Assembly (NCBI GenBank): GCA_038496445.1
Contig: JALMLS010000072.1
Span: forward strand, 62,001 to 126,000
Reading direction: 5' to 3'
Source of the DNA: Trichosphaerium sp. ATCC 40318
Taxonomy: Eukaryota; Protista; Tubulinea
DNA: 64,000 nt
Shown here: one piece after another, positions 12,752 through 25,755 of the stretch
Position numbering within the stretch: the first letter of the stretch is position 1
How the letters are laid out: each line of letters starts with the position of its first letter
Position numbers and translations under genes: made by a program
Notes under the pieces: generated by a model
The model's database searches: none
Told to the model about the DNA's origin: nothing
The model's input: only the letters and a program-made list of their open reading frames with translations

Positions 12752-12899
12752 ACGGTTGTACAAATACAAATCGATAATTTGTTTGTATTGTATCAACAAA
12801 TTAAACATTTCAACATTCATCACTCAAAGTTTTCCTTTTTTTGGTCTACGAACACGTGATAAGATTCTACATGTTCACGTATTTGGTTCTAGAAAGGTT

Positions 12900-13408
12900 G
12901 TCCATTGATATTAGTAAAACATGTGTGCTTTTGGTTATTTGGAGGACGGTCTACAACATAAACAAATTGCCTCCTATATCAGCAAAAACCTTTCTTTTTC
13001 GTTTCACGTGCCCCAAAGGAATAACAAAACAAGTATTGTTATGTGGATATATCTCATGCATGACGTTGTCAGAGTAAATAGTTCTAAGCATAGGACTTCT
13101 GTTGTTGTAAGTTATGTCATTACGCTGTTTTGAAACAGTAGCATCGTACCCAGTTTTTGTTATCAAATGCAACAAAAACAACTTATTGTGCTCGCACCAA
13201 ACATCAGCAATTTGACTAGGATTAACTGGGCTTTGAAACTCATGGCTAATTAGTCCTTGTGTCCATCTAGCCCTCCAACTGTTCGCCCATACAGGTTTAG
13301 GTCTATTTTTTGTTTATTAGCGTGTTTGTTAAGATTAAAATCAAGTACGCATACTTGACAATGGCACTAGATACTAAAGCAATGAAAAGCTAGTGCTATG
13401 ACGTTCAT
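12900..13408 (-). pseudogene. Probable decayed gene for a secreted protein (ependymin-like pattern)
   Basis: Signal-peptide-like start MNVIALAF/IALVSS needs a frame change. Exons read PKPVWANSWRARWTQG and ADVW|YDATVSKQRND...NNTCFVIPL; one intron acceptor looks broken. Confidence 0.3.
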
Positions 13409-13779
13409 CTTGAAATTTGACAGAAATGAAAAAAAAGTAAGGAATATTGAGCTCTTCGGGGATTGTATAACCCGCCTCAGCAGCCTATATTGCATGATCG
13501 TAGTTGCCTTATTTTCAACCTCAAAAGAGCATTGAGAGGGATTATATCATCGGGTTTAATAAAACCTGGTTTCACTGATTTCAAAAAACTACGAAATTTC
13601 ACTTCAACTTCATCTCATTTAAAATGATGAAGATAAGAAAGAAATTTGTATCTCATGTGACGCCCAAAATTACAAACTACTAAGAATTTGAAATGATTTC
13701 TACAAACTCTTTTATGAGGACAGCCCGAACATATTTTTTTGTTTCAATAAAAAAAAGTGAAACACGTGGTTTTCTTTGT

Positions 13780-16700
13780 TTAAAACATGACGATGTCACC
13801 GTCAGAAACTTCTTCTTCTTGTACTCCCCACTGTTTTGGTTCAATGTCTGTACGTTTGGAGAAATAAAAACCTTTGTATCCCTCACCATTCGGATCAGGA
13901 TTATGCACAAAGTCATTGTTTTTTCCCATATTAAAAACGCATTCAGTCGTGCTTCCACCCATTGAAACACCTGGTGTTACGCCATCACCAGTATCAATAC
14001 CTTCATATGCCATACCTACAGGCAAATAATTACTTATTTCAATCAAAAATCCTCGTGATCAACGAAGGGAAGCGAAAAAACAAAAAAAAAAAAGCAAAAA
14101 AAAGAAAAAATCACCAAGTGCTTTTCTTTGTACCTAGCTGTTTGCCATTTATACCAAAACTTATCTTTTTATTATCAAGATCTATCCAACATTGTACAAT
14201 ATCCCCATTCTTCCATTGTGGTTCTAATAGAAAAGGTAAAATGAAATGGATTTAAAAAAACGGACCGAAACCAAAACCAAAAACGAAAAGAAAAAAAACT
14301 ATACCTTCACTCCCATAAGGAGTAGGATTAATATGCCAAACTACTTTACGGTTCATATCAACAGCCCATGAATTTTTATCATCACCAATACCAGTTCCCC
14401 AACTTGAAGATGATACACCACGATACTCTCTAGTTGCCCATCCTGAAAAAAAAAAAAAAAAATCAGCACGTGAATCAAAACAAACAACCTCAGGCCTTTA
14501 TACATAGACCATATTCAAAAAACTAACTGTAAACCTTAAATGAATACCGCAAGTTTCCATATATAAAATTTGGCGATAATTAAGCCACGTGACAAACTAA
14601 TGAACAAACAAAAAACTCTGTTTCAAAAAAGATAAAAAAATGGCGTACCGACTTGCATTATTTTCTTTGTGTAGAGTTTCAACTCATAGTACCTAGATAT
14701 ATATTCAGTATCCTTGAATTTACACATTTTAAAAAAAAGAAAGATAACACGGACAAACGAAAAAGAGGTCAAGCTTGTGTACCATTTTCCAGTTTTGGCA
14801 TAAAAGTTTCCAACACCTGTTTCGAATTGATAAAACACGTTTCTTAAACGAAGGCCATCGCTAGCAACAAGAACACAAGAAGATGCAGGTACCATATAAA
14901 CATCACGTTCAGGATCGTAGCCACGTTTGCCTTTAATAAAGTTAAGAAGAACAAAGAAAATCACAAAACTGTGTGCGAAAAAAAAAAAAATAACAAACTG
15001 ACCTTTCATTAAGTTTCCAAGAGACACAACCCACGAGTTAATAAAAGCATTCTTATCTCTCATATGCTGACGTGAAGCTCCAAGAATGCTAAGTATCTTG
15101 TTCATATCCTATTGGTTGAGTCAGAGAGTCAACAATGCAAAGAATTGGTATGTGATTTCACGCACAGGAACTTGGTCGTTAACGGATTGATATTGTGCCA
15201 AGTGATGAAGAACGAACACAAGCTTATGCACTACTTTTGTTGATTTTGTAAGTACAAGATACTTCATTAAGTACTCAAAAGCTCCATATTTAACAAGTGC
15301 AAGGGCATTAGACTCTAAAGAAAAGGCATAAACATTCAATATCATTTTCAAAAAAAAAGATGAACGCATTTGCGAGTTACCTGTAAAGCAGAAAGCATGG
15401 ACCAACGTTAATACTGTATGCCATTCTGGCCTTTCTTTAACAGCCATTACATCACATATAGATCGTTGAAGGATGTCTACCAAAGAAAATTAGTAAACAT
15501 TGTGTAAAGTTTTTTCAACCAAAAAAAAAAAAAAGTTCAGAAACGAAGGTCTTACCAATATCGCTGTAAACAAGTAATAATTCAAATAATGACAGGAAAA
15601 AGTAACCATTATATTCACTAGCCATATCTCTCTCAAGAAACTTCGGAAACCATTTTAGGCAACCACGATCTAGTAACGCTTGTTTTGCAGTTTCTTTTTG
15701 AAAAAAAAAAACACATTAGTTTCACTTACTACTAGATCCAAGTACTACGTACCACTGCGGCCAATAATATGAGACAATAGATCTACAAACTCATCGTCTT
15801 GGTCCGAACCAACAAGTACAGAAAAAGTCCTTTCTATACCACGTTCTGATATGAATCTGTCAATGTTCTCCTCTAGTAAATTTTTTTTTAATATCTTTAA
15901 AACTTTGTTATTAGCGTTATACCTGTCCACGTGTAGTATTTGAGTAATGTGCACGTGTGAACTATACCATACACCATTTTTTTACGGATAAAAGCATCAC
16001 GAATATCTAAAAGAGCAGCAACATCATCTGAATCTTGTATCTCTAAAAGAAAAAACCAACATTATTATCTTTATAAGAAAACACTACTGCCTTAAGAGCT
16101 GATAAGTAATTTTTTCAATCATACGTTTCAAGTGAGTGGCTTCACCGGAACCAGCGGTAATAAGTCCATCGAGAGATTTCATCATCTATCATACGCGTAA
16201 GCTAAAAATCTAACATAAAAACTAAAACCGACCATAAGGGTTTGAGATAAATGTGCCTCTTTCCAATGTTTACCCATAGCCCTCATCATCTTTGAAAAAC
16301 AATTTTTCGCGAGTATATAGAACAAACTGCTATTTAAGCCCGTTCCTTCACGTTCATCTAGTAAAACAAAGGTTACCAAAACACGTGGGAAAATACAGGA
16401 AAAAAAAAAAAAAAAAAATTAGCAGTTTAGTACCTTGTGCAATGACTGACAGGGCTGTTGACGCTGCAACCTAATTGAGGTTTGAGGAACGTTTCAAAAT
16501 ATGCTTATAGAATCTTTTGAGAAGACTAATACGAACCTGTATCCTCCAATGATCGACATATGTATCCATGATATCACACAAAAGGTCAATTATATTATTC
16601 TTATCAAAAACAGCCCACCACTTCGTTATTTGATCGGTAAGTCTCTGACTATAAATACCTGCCACAGTAAAGCATAAAGAGCTTATAATATCTTTGTCCT

Positions 16701-18310
16701 TTGTACTACGCAGTACATCTACGATTTTTTGGAGTTCTAAATAAAGAACACGGTAAACAACGACTAAAAACAAACAAAAAAAAAGGTACCTGGTCCAGGT
16801 TCTTGAACGCTGTGAACAACATTTACTATTGGAAATTCAACAGCCCTGAAACCATCATCAACAGTGAATCTTGTGACCTTTAAGAGGGAGTTAACGTAGT
16901 TCTTCATAAAGCCATTCATTACCTGGGATCTGCTGAAGTAAGCGCTCGCTCCTTTGCTGATATGAGGTCCTACTTTGTTGTTAGAATTTGTGTTCAAAGA
17001 ACGATTTAAAATCGTTGTTTACCTTGTCTGCTTATGAAGCATAACTGGAAGATAGCTGTAGCGTCTTCATCTACAACAAGCCCACGATCATTATCTAAAC
17101 ATCCTCCAAAGTCTATAGAACACATGATACCACCGGATGCCTTCCAGCAAACAGCACAATCAAAGCCTTAAAAGGTTGTTAAAAATTGAAAAAAACTTTT
17201 TTTTTTTGCATACCTGCGTTAAGAGAAATGGCGTTTGTGTTTGGATTCCTGTTGTAGTCACCAAATAGTATGATGGCTTTATTAACAACAAGGCAAGGCT
17301 CTTTTGAATGCTGTAGTTGAAACTCTAATGTAACATCACCTCCATCACTGGCATCACCATCGTCCAGTACCAGAGCATCAACAATAACAACATCATCGTC
17401 ATTAATATCAGCTGCTTCTTGTACTACATCATCAACTGTGACCTCAGCTCCGTCATTAATAAGCTCAGTTGCTTCAACTGATTGCTTTGTAACAACAGGT
17501 TTAGGTATTGAGTGAATTCCTTGATAAGACGCATAAGTACTCAAAAACAACAACCAGCAATTGATTTTAGTTACCTCTTGTAACAAAAACAAAGTCTCCA
17601 TCTTGACAAGCGTCAACTGCTTCTTGTATGTTCCCAAAGCACCTAGTCTTACGTACAGGTACCCCATCACGCGTTGGGAGTTCCATAGATACATCTGGAG
17701 GATGTACAACAAAGAACGTTGACTAAGTATGTTAATTTGGTTATAAACGCATTTAAGGCTTTACAAACGGTTTTTTCTTTATCTACATGCGTAAGAATAC
17801 GTCATGCAGCGTAGGAAACGCCGTTTTGTTGATAAATCGTTTAAAAAGGCATTTAGTGAATTCAATTAAAACGTACGATATGCCTGTATAGTTGCTTGTA
17901 AGTATTGGCGGTAAATAAGCCCGCGTAAGTGTCACGGTCGAGTAATGCCTCACGCAGTTGTCGGTGTGCAAGTTCGCCTGCTCTGTTTTCTACATACTCA
18001 GCAGTTGTATGTTCTTTGTCAGGAGACAACTCTGGTATATTTTTTACGAAATCAGAATAAACACATTCCCTGGTAACGGTTAACGCTCTAAAATCTACTC
18101 TTCGGCATTACCATATCTCTTCTGTGTCACCAAGGTCTTTCCAAAGCGCACATGCCGTAACTACTTTCGAAAGCGCCAAACCATCAAGGTAGCGAAATAT
18201 GTTGATCTAGCGCGTCATTAGACCAAATGAACCTTTAATATATTACAGGAACGCACTAATAATTCAACTGGATACTCTGATAAATCGTAGCCATCAGTAA
18301 CTCCCTCCAT
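13780..18310 (-). CDS. Large multi-exon F-box protein with beta-helix-cap motif, ARM-like helical region and C-terminal SPRY domain
   Basis: F-box: LSEYPVELL-INIFRYLDGLALSKVVTACALWKDLG. Beta-helix cap: FGNIQEAVDACQDGDFVFVTRGIH. SPRY: GKWYYELKLYTKKIMQVG, GIGDDKNSWAVD, WKNGDIVQCWIDLDNKKISFGING, GVTPGVSM...CVFNMG. Confidence 0.8.
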
Positions 18311-18623
18311 TGATTTCAATGTAAAGAAAGTACTTGATTGTAAGTGTAACTTAATTACATTTCCTTAATCCAATACTGGACAAGGAAGTGCCTAAATAAG
18401 AAAAAAATGAACACAATATCGATGAAGGTAGTGGATGCTCACACGTGGGCCAACTCTTAAACGGTATGCACAGTATTTGCTTCTGTATAGTGTAGCCATA
18501 CAACCACCTGCTACCGCAGGTTTTCTAATTACAAAGTCAACAATGACATTGAATGAAAGACTTATTTGTTTTCTAATATTTATTTACAATTTCAAGGTTT
18601 GCCTTCATGTTTTATTGCTACGG

Positions 18624-19166
18624 CTACTGAGAAGCCCATGATCTGTAGTGTATCACGTCATTTGCAGCTGCAATATTATCATGATGGCTATTATTGATTG
18701 ATTCCAATGCTTTGCTAATCTGTGAATCTGCTTCTGTTCTTGCATTGACTGTTTTGCTCATAACCTCAAAATAGTATCCCGGTGTGTTAGGTATCTCGGG
18801 GTAGCTGGTGTTGGATGGATTGGAGTACAACTTCACTACAGGTTCACCAGTACAGCACCTTTCTGTGCGGGGTTTACTTGCAAGTGTTGTAAGTTTTGGG
18901 CTGTATGGGTGCGGCTCAAAGTCTAAATCATTCGTGGATTTGTTCGCATAGAGCTCTTGTGTAATAAATGCTGCATGTACTGTACTCTGTGGGCTTTGCA
19001 CTTCGAACCTTTGACTTTTGTACATGTTCCTCTCGAGGTAGCCTGGGTTGGGTGGATTGGAGTTGAAGCTCATTACAATTTCATCAGAAAAGCAGCCTGG
19101 TGTTACACGTGTTGCTCCAAAGTGGTTTTCAAGAGTTGAACGATTGTTGTTGTAGAGTGTTGCCAT
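18624..19166 (-). CDS. Intronless hypothetical protein (180 aa)
   Basis: Uninterrupted ORF with AAAATG start and CA-rich leader; no recognisable domain. Confidence 0.6.
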   Translation of the reverse strand: MATLYNNNRSTLENHFGATRVTPGCFSDEIVMSFNSNPPNPGYLERNMYKSQRFEVQSPQSTVHAAFITQELYANKSTNDLDFEPHPYSPKLTTLASKPRTERCCTGEPVVKLYSNPSNTSYPEIPNTPGYYFEVMSKTVNARTEADSQISKALESINNSHHDNIAAANDVIHYRSWASQ

Positions 19167-19641
19167 TTTAGATTGTGTTTAGTAAGAGGAGTGGCTGTTG
19201 TTGTGTGGTTGATATAAAAATGAAAAGGATTTGCTTTTTGATTGATATTGGGTTTTGGCATCCAAATACAGCGTCTGAATGATAGATTCATACAATGCTA
19301 TAAATCAATCTAGTTGTAGAACTTTAAACAGCATGAAAGAAGCATTTGTAACGCTTGAGTCAAAAAACAAGATTCAATCAACCAGATTGATGATTGACTT
19401 TCAATCTCACTCAAGATTGACGTCACTCGAGTGAAAGCTGTTTTGTTTATCACAAGTTGTACTTGAATCATGATTTTAGGTGCTTGCAGCGTATTTGGTG
19501 GTGAATATTTTTGAGGCTTTTGCCTACGAAATTCCAGATTGATTTTGGATAACGGCTTTTCAATCATTTATCAATCATGCCATTCTTACACCATAAAACC
19601 AAAATATACACAACAGTAACAACACCTCTCGCCTTCTAAAC

Positions 19642-20052
19642 ATGCTTTCAAACAATATCAACAACATTGAACAAACAGTATACCAAAACGCCTTCTTTGC
19701 AATTGCTCAACGGATAACTATCCCAGAAACACTCTTATTAATGAGGAAACGGTCTCTAGCTGCAGTAGAATCAGTTCAATGGTCATTGATCCCTTACAAA
19801 CTCAAACATTTATCAATCTTGGTTGGTTTCTTCTTAAACGACTACCTTGTATCTGGTATACCTAACAAAGACGGTGAATTGGAATTTGACGTCTCTGCCG
19901 TCGCTGTACACAGCGCTTACGAGATTGTTTTGTCAAACGGTCCTTTCCCTGATCCTACTCTATTCCCACAAAACGTCCGGCGAGCGTATATCGAGTATGC
20001 CAAAGAACTTGCAAAGGCTTCTTCAAGAGCTCTTTGGGAGATGTTGAATTAA
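19642..20052 (+). CDS. Intronless hypothetical protein (136 aa)
   Basis: Uninterrupted ORF divergent from 18624..19166; CA-rich leader; protein-like composition. Confidence 0.55.
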   Translation: MLSNNINNIEQTVYQNAFFAIAQRITIPETLLLMRKRSLAAVESVQWSLIPYKLKHLSILVGFFLNDYLVSGIPNKDGELEFDVSAVAVHSAYEIVLSNGPFPDPTLFPQNVRRAYIEYAKELAKASSRALWEMLN

Positions 20053-21062
20053 ACAAGAACACATATAAATCATGTAATTTTAGTCAAGATAAAAATAAAA
20101 GAAAATCCGTAAGAATTATGTCGCTTGGTTTATTTCTTTGTCATTAGTGTAACAATGTATGTGTAGAGGAACATCACCTCCTTGTAGCCTTGTTATTTAA
20201 TGTTGTGGTACCGAGACATATCCCGTTGATTTGGTTCTTTAACTTAAGGCTTTTCAAATATGTTTCTTTCAAAAAACGAAATTATTTTGACTTCACGCTC
20301 GTGTTGTAAATAAATCCCACGCTCACTCTGTGCTCGAGCTATCTGTCAGGGACACATAGAAAAGATCATCTTTCAAATAAATTGTCAGGTCTTTACATTT
20401 TTCGCTATCTGTAGCACAAGCACTGGTGTTCACTAAAATTCTTTCATCAACCATCATGAAAAAAGGTAGCCAGTTCAAACATTTTTTCACCTGTTGTAAG
20501 CGTTGTATGTATGTTTTAACCTCGGGGGTTTGTAGTGCAAACCCCTGACAATAGTATCGGACAGACAAATCTTAATATGTGTACATGAGACCTTTGAAGA
20601 CTTCCTAGAAATCCACTGCAAGCAATGTTGGGCTTTTGTAACATTTAATTAATTGGCTTCGTTGTTGCCGAATGGCGTATGTTATGGGTTGTATTGATTT
20701 ATAACGTTATGTATGTGCCTCCCAACGAATATATAGATAATTGTTTGCTACTAAGTTTGGGGTATGGTAGTTAGCAGCGTTGGGAGTGAAGAGTTAAGGT
20801 TTAGTTACTGTTGACTTTTTGTAGTTACAACGTGCAAAGAGAACAGTCTAAGTAACTACTTTGTAAACAAAAATAAAAACAAGTAATGGAAAGATACTTC
20901 CAGATGCTCAACACCTAAAATGATCATTTTGTTGGTTTTCGTTAGTGATGATTGCTAAACTTATTCCTTTTTGTGGTTTGTAATTACAACATAACCTGTT
21001 AATGTCCTACTGATTCAAACCAACTGTTTGCTGTCACTAGCACACCTAGTTTATTCAAAGTA

Positions 21063-22397
21063 TTATATTACACGTGGTTTGTAATCTGGATAATGTTTTT
21101 TTAGTAATGATGAAGACTGTAAAAGACTTTTTACTTCATCACTTGCAACACTCATCACTGTGTTATTCTCATGCAACCAGTATAGACCTGCAACCATCTT
21201 TCGAACATCTGAATGTAAGTACTGAGCCAATAAGCCAATTCTAGAAGCGTCACTCTACAAAAGAAGAAAGTAAATGTCTGCGTCAATTCAGAGAAGAAAG
21301 ATTGTTTTCTTTCTTGTTTTTCGAGTGATTGCGTACTTTATTCTCTCCTGAAGCATGAAAAACACCTCCGTGACCAAGAATTATTGTCCCTGCTTTACAA
21401 ACAAGACGTCTACAGTTTGGCCAAAAGTCATTGTTTTCATTTGGCTCTTTACACAATGGTTCGTTCTGTGAGTATGGTATGAATCCTGTGGCTCCGTTTT
21501 CAAGGGTGAAATCATCGATAGCTATTATCATTTGGATTTCATACACTTTAGCTGTAAAATCTTTAGCGGAAAAAACAACTGAAAAACAAGAATAAAACAA
21601 GAATAAAACAAAAAGAGCAACTCATACTAGGTGAATTTCTAACGTCTATGCCAAGTCTTTGTATTTCAGCATTAGATCCCCATGGATAGTCTCTATGAAC
21701 AAATCCAGGCAAACACCTTAAAACAAATATCTGAGAAAAGACACGATGAAGAGAACCATAGTTTGTTTCTTTTTTGGGTTTTTCTTGAAATTTCGGAAAA
21801 ACTGAAATAATAGAGACCTGCTTTGTACCCTGAGTGTAAAATATTAGACGTATACGCTCCAATATGGCAATCACTACCCAATATTTTCTTACAAATATCG
21901 ATAACGAGTGGTATTGTAAGTAACTTATCAAAAATAGGATCAAGCTGTAATAGTTCCCTAAAATAGTTTATTTTTTTATTTTTATTAGCTTTTGAATACC
22001 TAACACGTTGTTGCTTTTCACCATGCCATTTTGGTTTACCAGAGTTGTCTTTTACTTTCATTTCCTTTACAATACACTCTCTGGCTCTTTGGACATCTTC
22101 TAGTGGCAATACGTCGCGAATGGCGATAAATCCTAGAGGATGTTAAAAACAGACTAAGTAGAGCTTCCTTCTCAATTTTAACACTCCATTACGCATTGTA
22201 GTATGACGACTAACTTGTTTTATCTGAAAAAGCAAATAATTTAAACAGATTTTACCTTGGCCAGTTAGTATTTCGTTTACAAGCGTAGTAGTATCTGTTT
22301 CTTTCGTATAAAACTCGGTTTCATCAAGCGGCCTTCCTTCAGGGTGAAGATTGTAGAGACCAGTATAGCGCAATAGATCAGAGATGAACTGTGTCAT
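21063..22397 (-). CDS. Phytanoyl-CoA dioxygenase (PhyH)-family Fe(II)/2-oxoglutarate oxygenase
   Basis: GFIAIRDVLP, HxD motif (HRDYPW), IAIDDFTLENGATGFIPYSQ, AGTIILGHGGVFHASGEN...SR; multi-exon. Confidence 0.9.
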
Positions 22398-22831
22398 TTG
22401 ATGGGTATTTTGGTATTTGGGTATTATGAATAAACTTGACGTTCAGGAAAACGTGGAGGCCTTGTAACATCCTCCTTTCAGCAAATACAAATAGACGGAA
22501 ACAAGTTGGTAGATACCATCTAAGTGTATACAATACTATTTGTTCCAAATGTTCAATCTTAACAATCACGTGGTGTAAAAACTTCAATTATTTTATTCAA
22601 AAAAACAAGTGGTCAAAGCATTACTACATAACAAAGACACGCTTTACTTTTGGAGCGTTGTATTTTTGCTGTTTGAAGAAAAGAAGATGCTCACAGGTGA
22701 CATATAATTTTGCAATCCAGAGGATATTTCGATATGTAGGTTGACTTCTATTTACGTTATACAACCACTCCACTAGTTACCAACAACAGTTTTGTGACCA
22801 TTTAATTGCTGAATAGTTTTAATTTGTACAG

Positions 22832-23780
22832 TTACTTTTGAGAAGCCAATTTGTTGTTTTTTACACCTTTATCAAAGTCATCTCTTCCACAAACAAATGT
22901 CTTTCTACGAAATTTTGTACGGAATTCTACAATGTCTTCAGACTCAAAACGTATGTACAGTCCTTCTTGATTTTCACTTCCAAAAGCTGATTTACGTTCA
23001 AGTATAGCATTTAATTCATCCATGAATTTCTTTACATTCATTGAGGAAGTGTCCCATACCTTAACAGATGGTACTAAAAAAAAACAATGTCAACTTTTTT
23101 TGCAATCACGTGATGTTGCTTTATGACTTACCGTGGTGAACATCATCAGGCAAGAATGCCTTTACTTTTGGCGTTGACATGAAAGCCCCAGTTTGTTTAT
23201 GCAATACATCAAAAGCGATTAAAAAGTCAGGTAATTCATTGTAAAGAACGGCATGTTGACACCTAAATAGGAAAAAAAAAAGAAATTTAGTATAATTAGA
23301 TCGATAAGTAATGAGCGTACCATAACCACTCTCCGAACAAGCAATATCTATAAAACTATCAGTTATAAGGTTCAAACGCGAAAAGGCGTAGTTTTAATCT
23401 ATTTTGGGATAGAGACGCTTACTCTGTACCAAGAAGCTCGTATAGAGTATCTAAATGAGCGTAGATGTAGTCACGCCATTTTAAGTACTGTTGGCGATCC
23501 TATAAATGAAATATCAGTAAAGACGCTTGTAATAAGGCGAAAAGACCTTGTTTGTGACAACGCCGGAGCGTTTTTGTATAACCGGTTGGTATGGTGCGTT
23601 AAAATGTACTGAGACGTTTGCACCATCTACCTTCTCTTGTGCGACTATCCTAACGATTTTGGAGCCAGAAATAAGCGCTTTTATTTCGTTTGCGGACATA
23701 ACTTTATCATCATCGACTACAGCGCTTCCACCAATATGAGGTGTCTTAGGGAACTCGAAAAAATCCTTTTGTGCAGCCAT
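22832..23780 (-). CDS. Rnl2-like ATP-dependent RNA ligase family protein
   Basis: FPKTPHI; motif I EKVDGAN; LFGEWL; FLIAFDV; EGLYIRFE; RTKFRR (nucleotidyltransferase motifs I-V). Confidence 0.85.
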
Positions 23781-24336
23781 GTATTGTGTTTTTTTTTTGT
23801 TTTTGCGTAAAAATAGCCAAAAAATGTTGAGTTTTCTTCTTTTTGTTTGTTTCACTAACCATTGCTCTTGTTCTAAAAAAAATCTCAACGTCTTCACCAA
23901 TTATCTTATGTTATCTCCAACTCGGTTTCAGCTCACGTAACATCAAATCTAATGTTCTGAAGTTATAACAAAGGATTCTGTAAAGGCGAATATTCTTATT
24001 GACCTTTTATCAATTCCGCTAGCCGCTTTTGGAAAAAGAGTTAGCGGTTCGTTTAGAAGATATGTCATCACACATTTTTCAAAGGAAAAGCTTTCTATTA
24101 CACTTGTAGCATTTTCGTAGGATATAAGGCTACTCAAGCAACACAAGGGGTCTTAAGGATATAGCAATCTAACATACTGGTCAATAAATTCCGCTTTATT
24201 TGGTCTTGAACACGAAACAACATGCCTGCCTTTTGCAAGTACTTTTTTTTATGTGTTTAAAGGCTAGTGAAACTCGAAAAGTCACTTGCAGAATTATCTC
24301 TAAACCATAATACCATCAAAAGTAATTATGTCTTCA

Positions 24337-25302
24337 TTAAAAAATAAACGGGCTCTCCTTTAAAATCTTGAGTGCTCCAGTCAATTCTTTGATGTGTTGG
24401 TCAGTCATTATATCGTACGATATAGTATTTACACCTGCAATTGCCTTCAAACCTTCATCTGTTATTGAATGGATATAGTGAAGGTAAATGGTGTGTACAC
24501 CTGCCAATGCCTTCAATCCTTTGTCTGTAACAGCTGTATATGATAAGTTAATGTCATGTACACCTGCCAACGCCTTGATACCCTCATCAGTTATTGATTT
24601 ACAACGACTCAAGTTGATAGTATGTACACCTGCCAAAGCTTCAATACCTTGATCTGTTACACATGTATCTGATAAGTTAATCTCATGTACACCTGCCAAC
24701 GCCTTGACACCTTCGTCTGTTATTAATTTACAACGATCCAAGTTGATAGTATGTACACCTGCCAAAGCTTCAATACCTTGATCTGTTACACATGTATCTG
24801 ATAAGTTAATCTCATGTACACCTGCCAACGACTTGATACCCTCGTCTGTTATTAATTTACAACAATCCAAGGTAATAGTGTGTACGCCTGCTAACACCTT
24901 CACAGCTTTATCTGTAACTGTTGTGCCTGATAAGTTAATTTTGTGTACACCTGCTAGTAACATGACACCTTCATCTGTTATTGGCTTGTTTAAACAATGT
25001 TTGATACTGAGTATACCGAAATTCCGCTGTTTACGCAGAAGAGACACCCAACCACAACAGAGGAATGTATTCTTCAGCAAAGGACTTCCTGAAAGGATTT
25101 TCGCTTCGCTTAAGGTTTTGACAACTATTTTGCCATAGCCAATGAACTCGTGGATGATATCACGTAATAAGCGGCATGTTTGAGCTGAACGGAGTGTAAA
25201 TGCCGTCTGTTTGAGAATATGAACTATTATTTCAACTGGAAGCGCTGTAAGCTCCTTTGGGGTATTATCCATGCATTCATTCTTCGTTCTGTTCGTTAAC
25301 AT
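24337..25302 (-). CDS. Intronless F-box/leucine-rich-repeat protein
   Basis: F-box LTALPVEIIVHIL...TCRLLRDI, then about 9 short LRRs of the form LAGVHxINLxxCxxITDEGxKA. Confidence 0.9.
   Translation of the reverse strand: MLTNRTKNECMDNTPKELTALPVEIIVHILKQTAFTLRSAQTCRLLRDIIHEFIGYGKIVVKTLSEAKILSGSPLLKNTFLCCGWVSLLRKQRNFGILSIKHCLNKPITDEGVMLLAGVHKINLSGTTVTDKAVKVLAGVHTITLDCCKLITDEGIKSLAGVHEINLSDTCVTDQGIEALAGVHTINLDRCKLITDEGVKALAGVHEINLSDTCVTDQGIEALAGVHTINLSRCKSITDEGIKALAGVHDINLSYTAVTDKGLKALAGVHTIYLHYIHSITDEGLKAIAGVNTISYDIMTDQHIKELTGALKILKESPFIF
24430..24985 (-). repeat. Coding tandem repeat: alternating 21- and 22-aa LRR units (129-bp period)
   Basis: Near-identical 129-bp copies, e.g. aagttgatagtatgtacacctgccaaagc at 24611 and 24740. 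Confidence 0.9.
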
Positions 25303-25537
25303 TTTGAAATAACAGATAGACTGACAGATTTAATTACGTTGATTACAGTTGACCAATGTCAGCCAGTCCGTATATTATATGCTTACAGCTGGTGTGCTTT
25401 GGCTATTGTAAGCCTTTGGAATAAGGTGAAGTATTTTTAAGTAGAATTGATAAAAAACAGGCAGACAACTGTTCATTTTACTGTAGACAAAGCACTTGCA
25501 CGCGTGCAATTATTGTAATACTAGAATTATCTTTATC

Positions 25538-25609
25538 CACGTGATAAAAATTCTACACGTGACAACTTGTTCTGCGAAAAAAAAAAAATTAGTAATAGTC
25601 ATCCACGTG
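25538..25609. promoter_or_regulatory. Cluster of three CACGTG (E-box/G-box) sites in the divergent promoter region upstream of the SNF2 gene
   Basis: CACGTG at 25538, 25556 and 25604, about 150-220 bp before the ATG at 25756. Confidence 0.45.
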
Positions 25610-25755
25610 GACGATTGGTTTGGTGCAGGCAAAGTTACCTTCGAAGCAAGCCCAAGTAGGCTTATTCAATGGCATAAAATAAAAGTGATAAAAAAAGTCA
25701 ACGCTAATTACTCATTAGTTGAACTACAGCCATTGTACATTAACACGATACGCTG

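Noticed and set aside
20323-20760. Reading frame interrupted only by TAA/TAG, hinting at stop-to-Gln recoding or a pseudogene
   Set aside because: Three stops in about 60 codons is expected in AT-rich DNA. Conserved genes here end at TAA, TAG and TGA with no internal TAR codons, and I recognised no domain.
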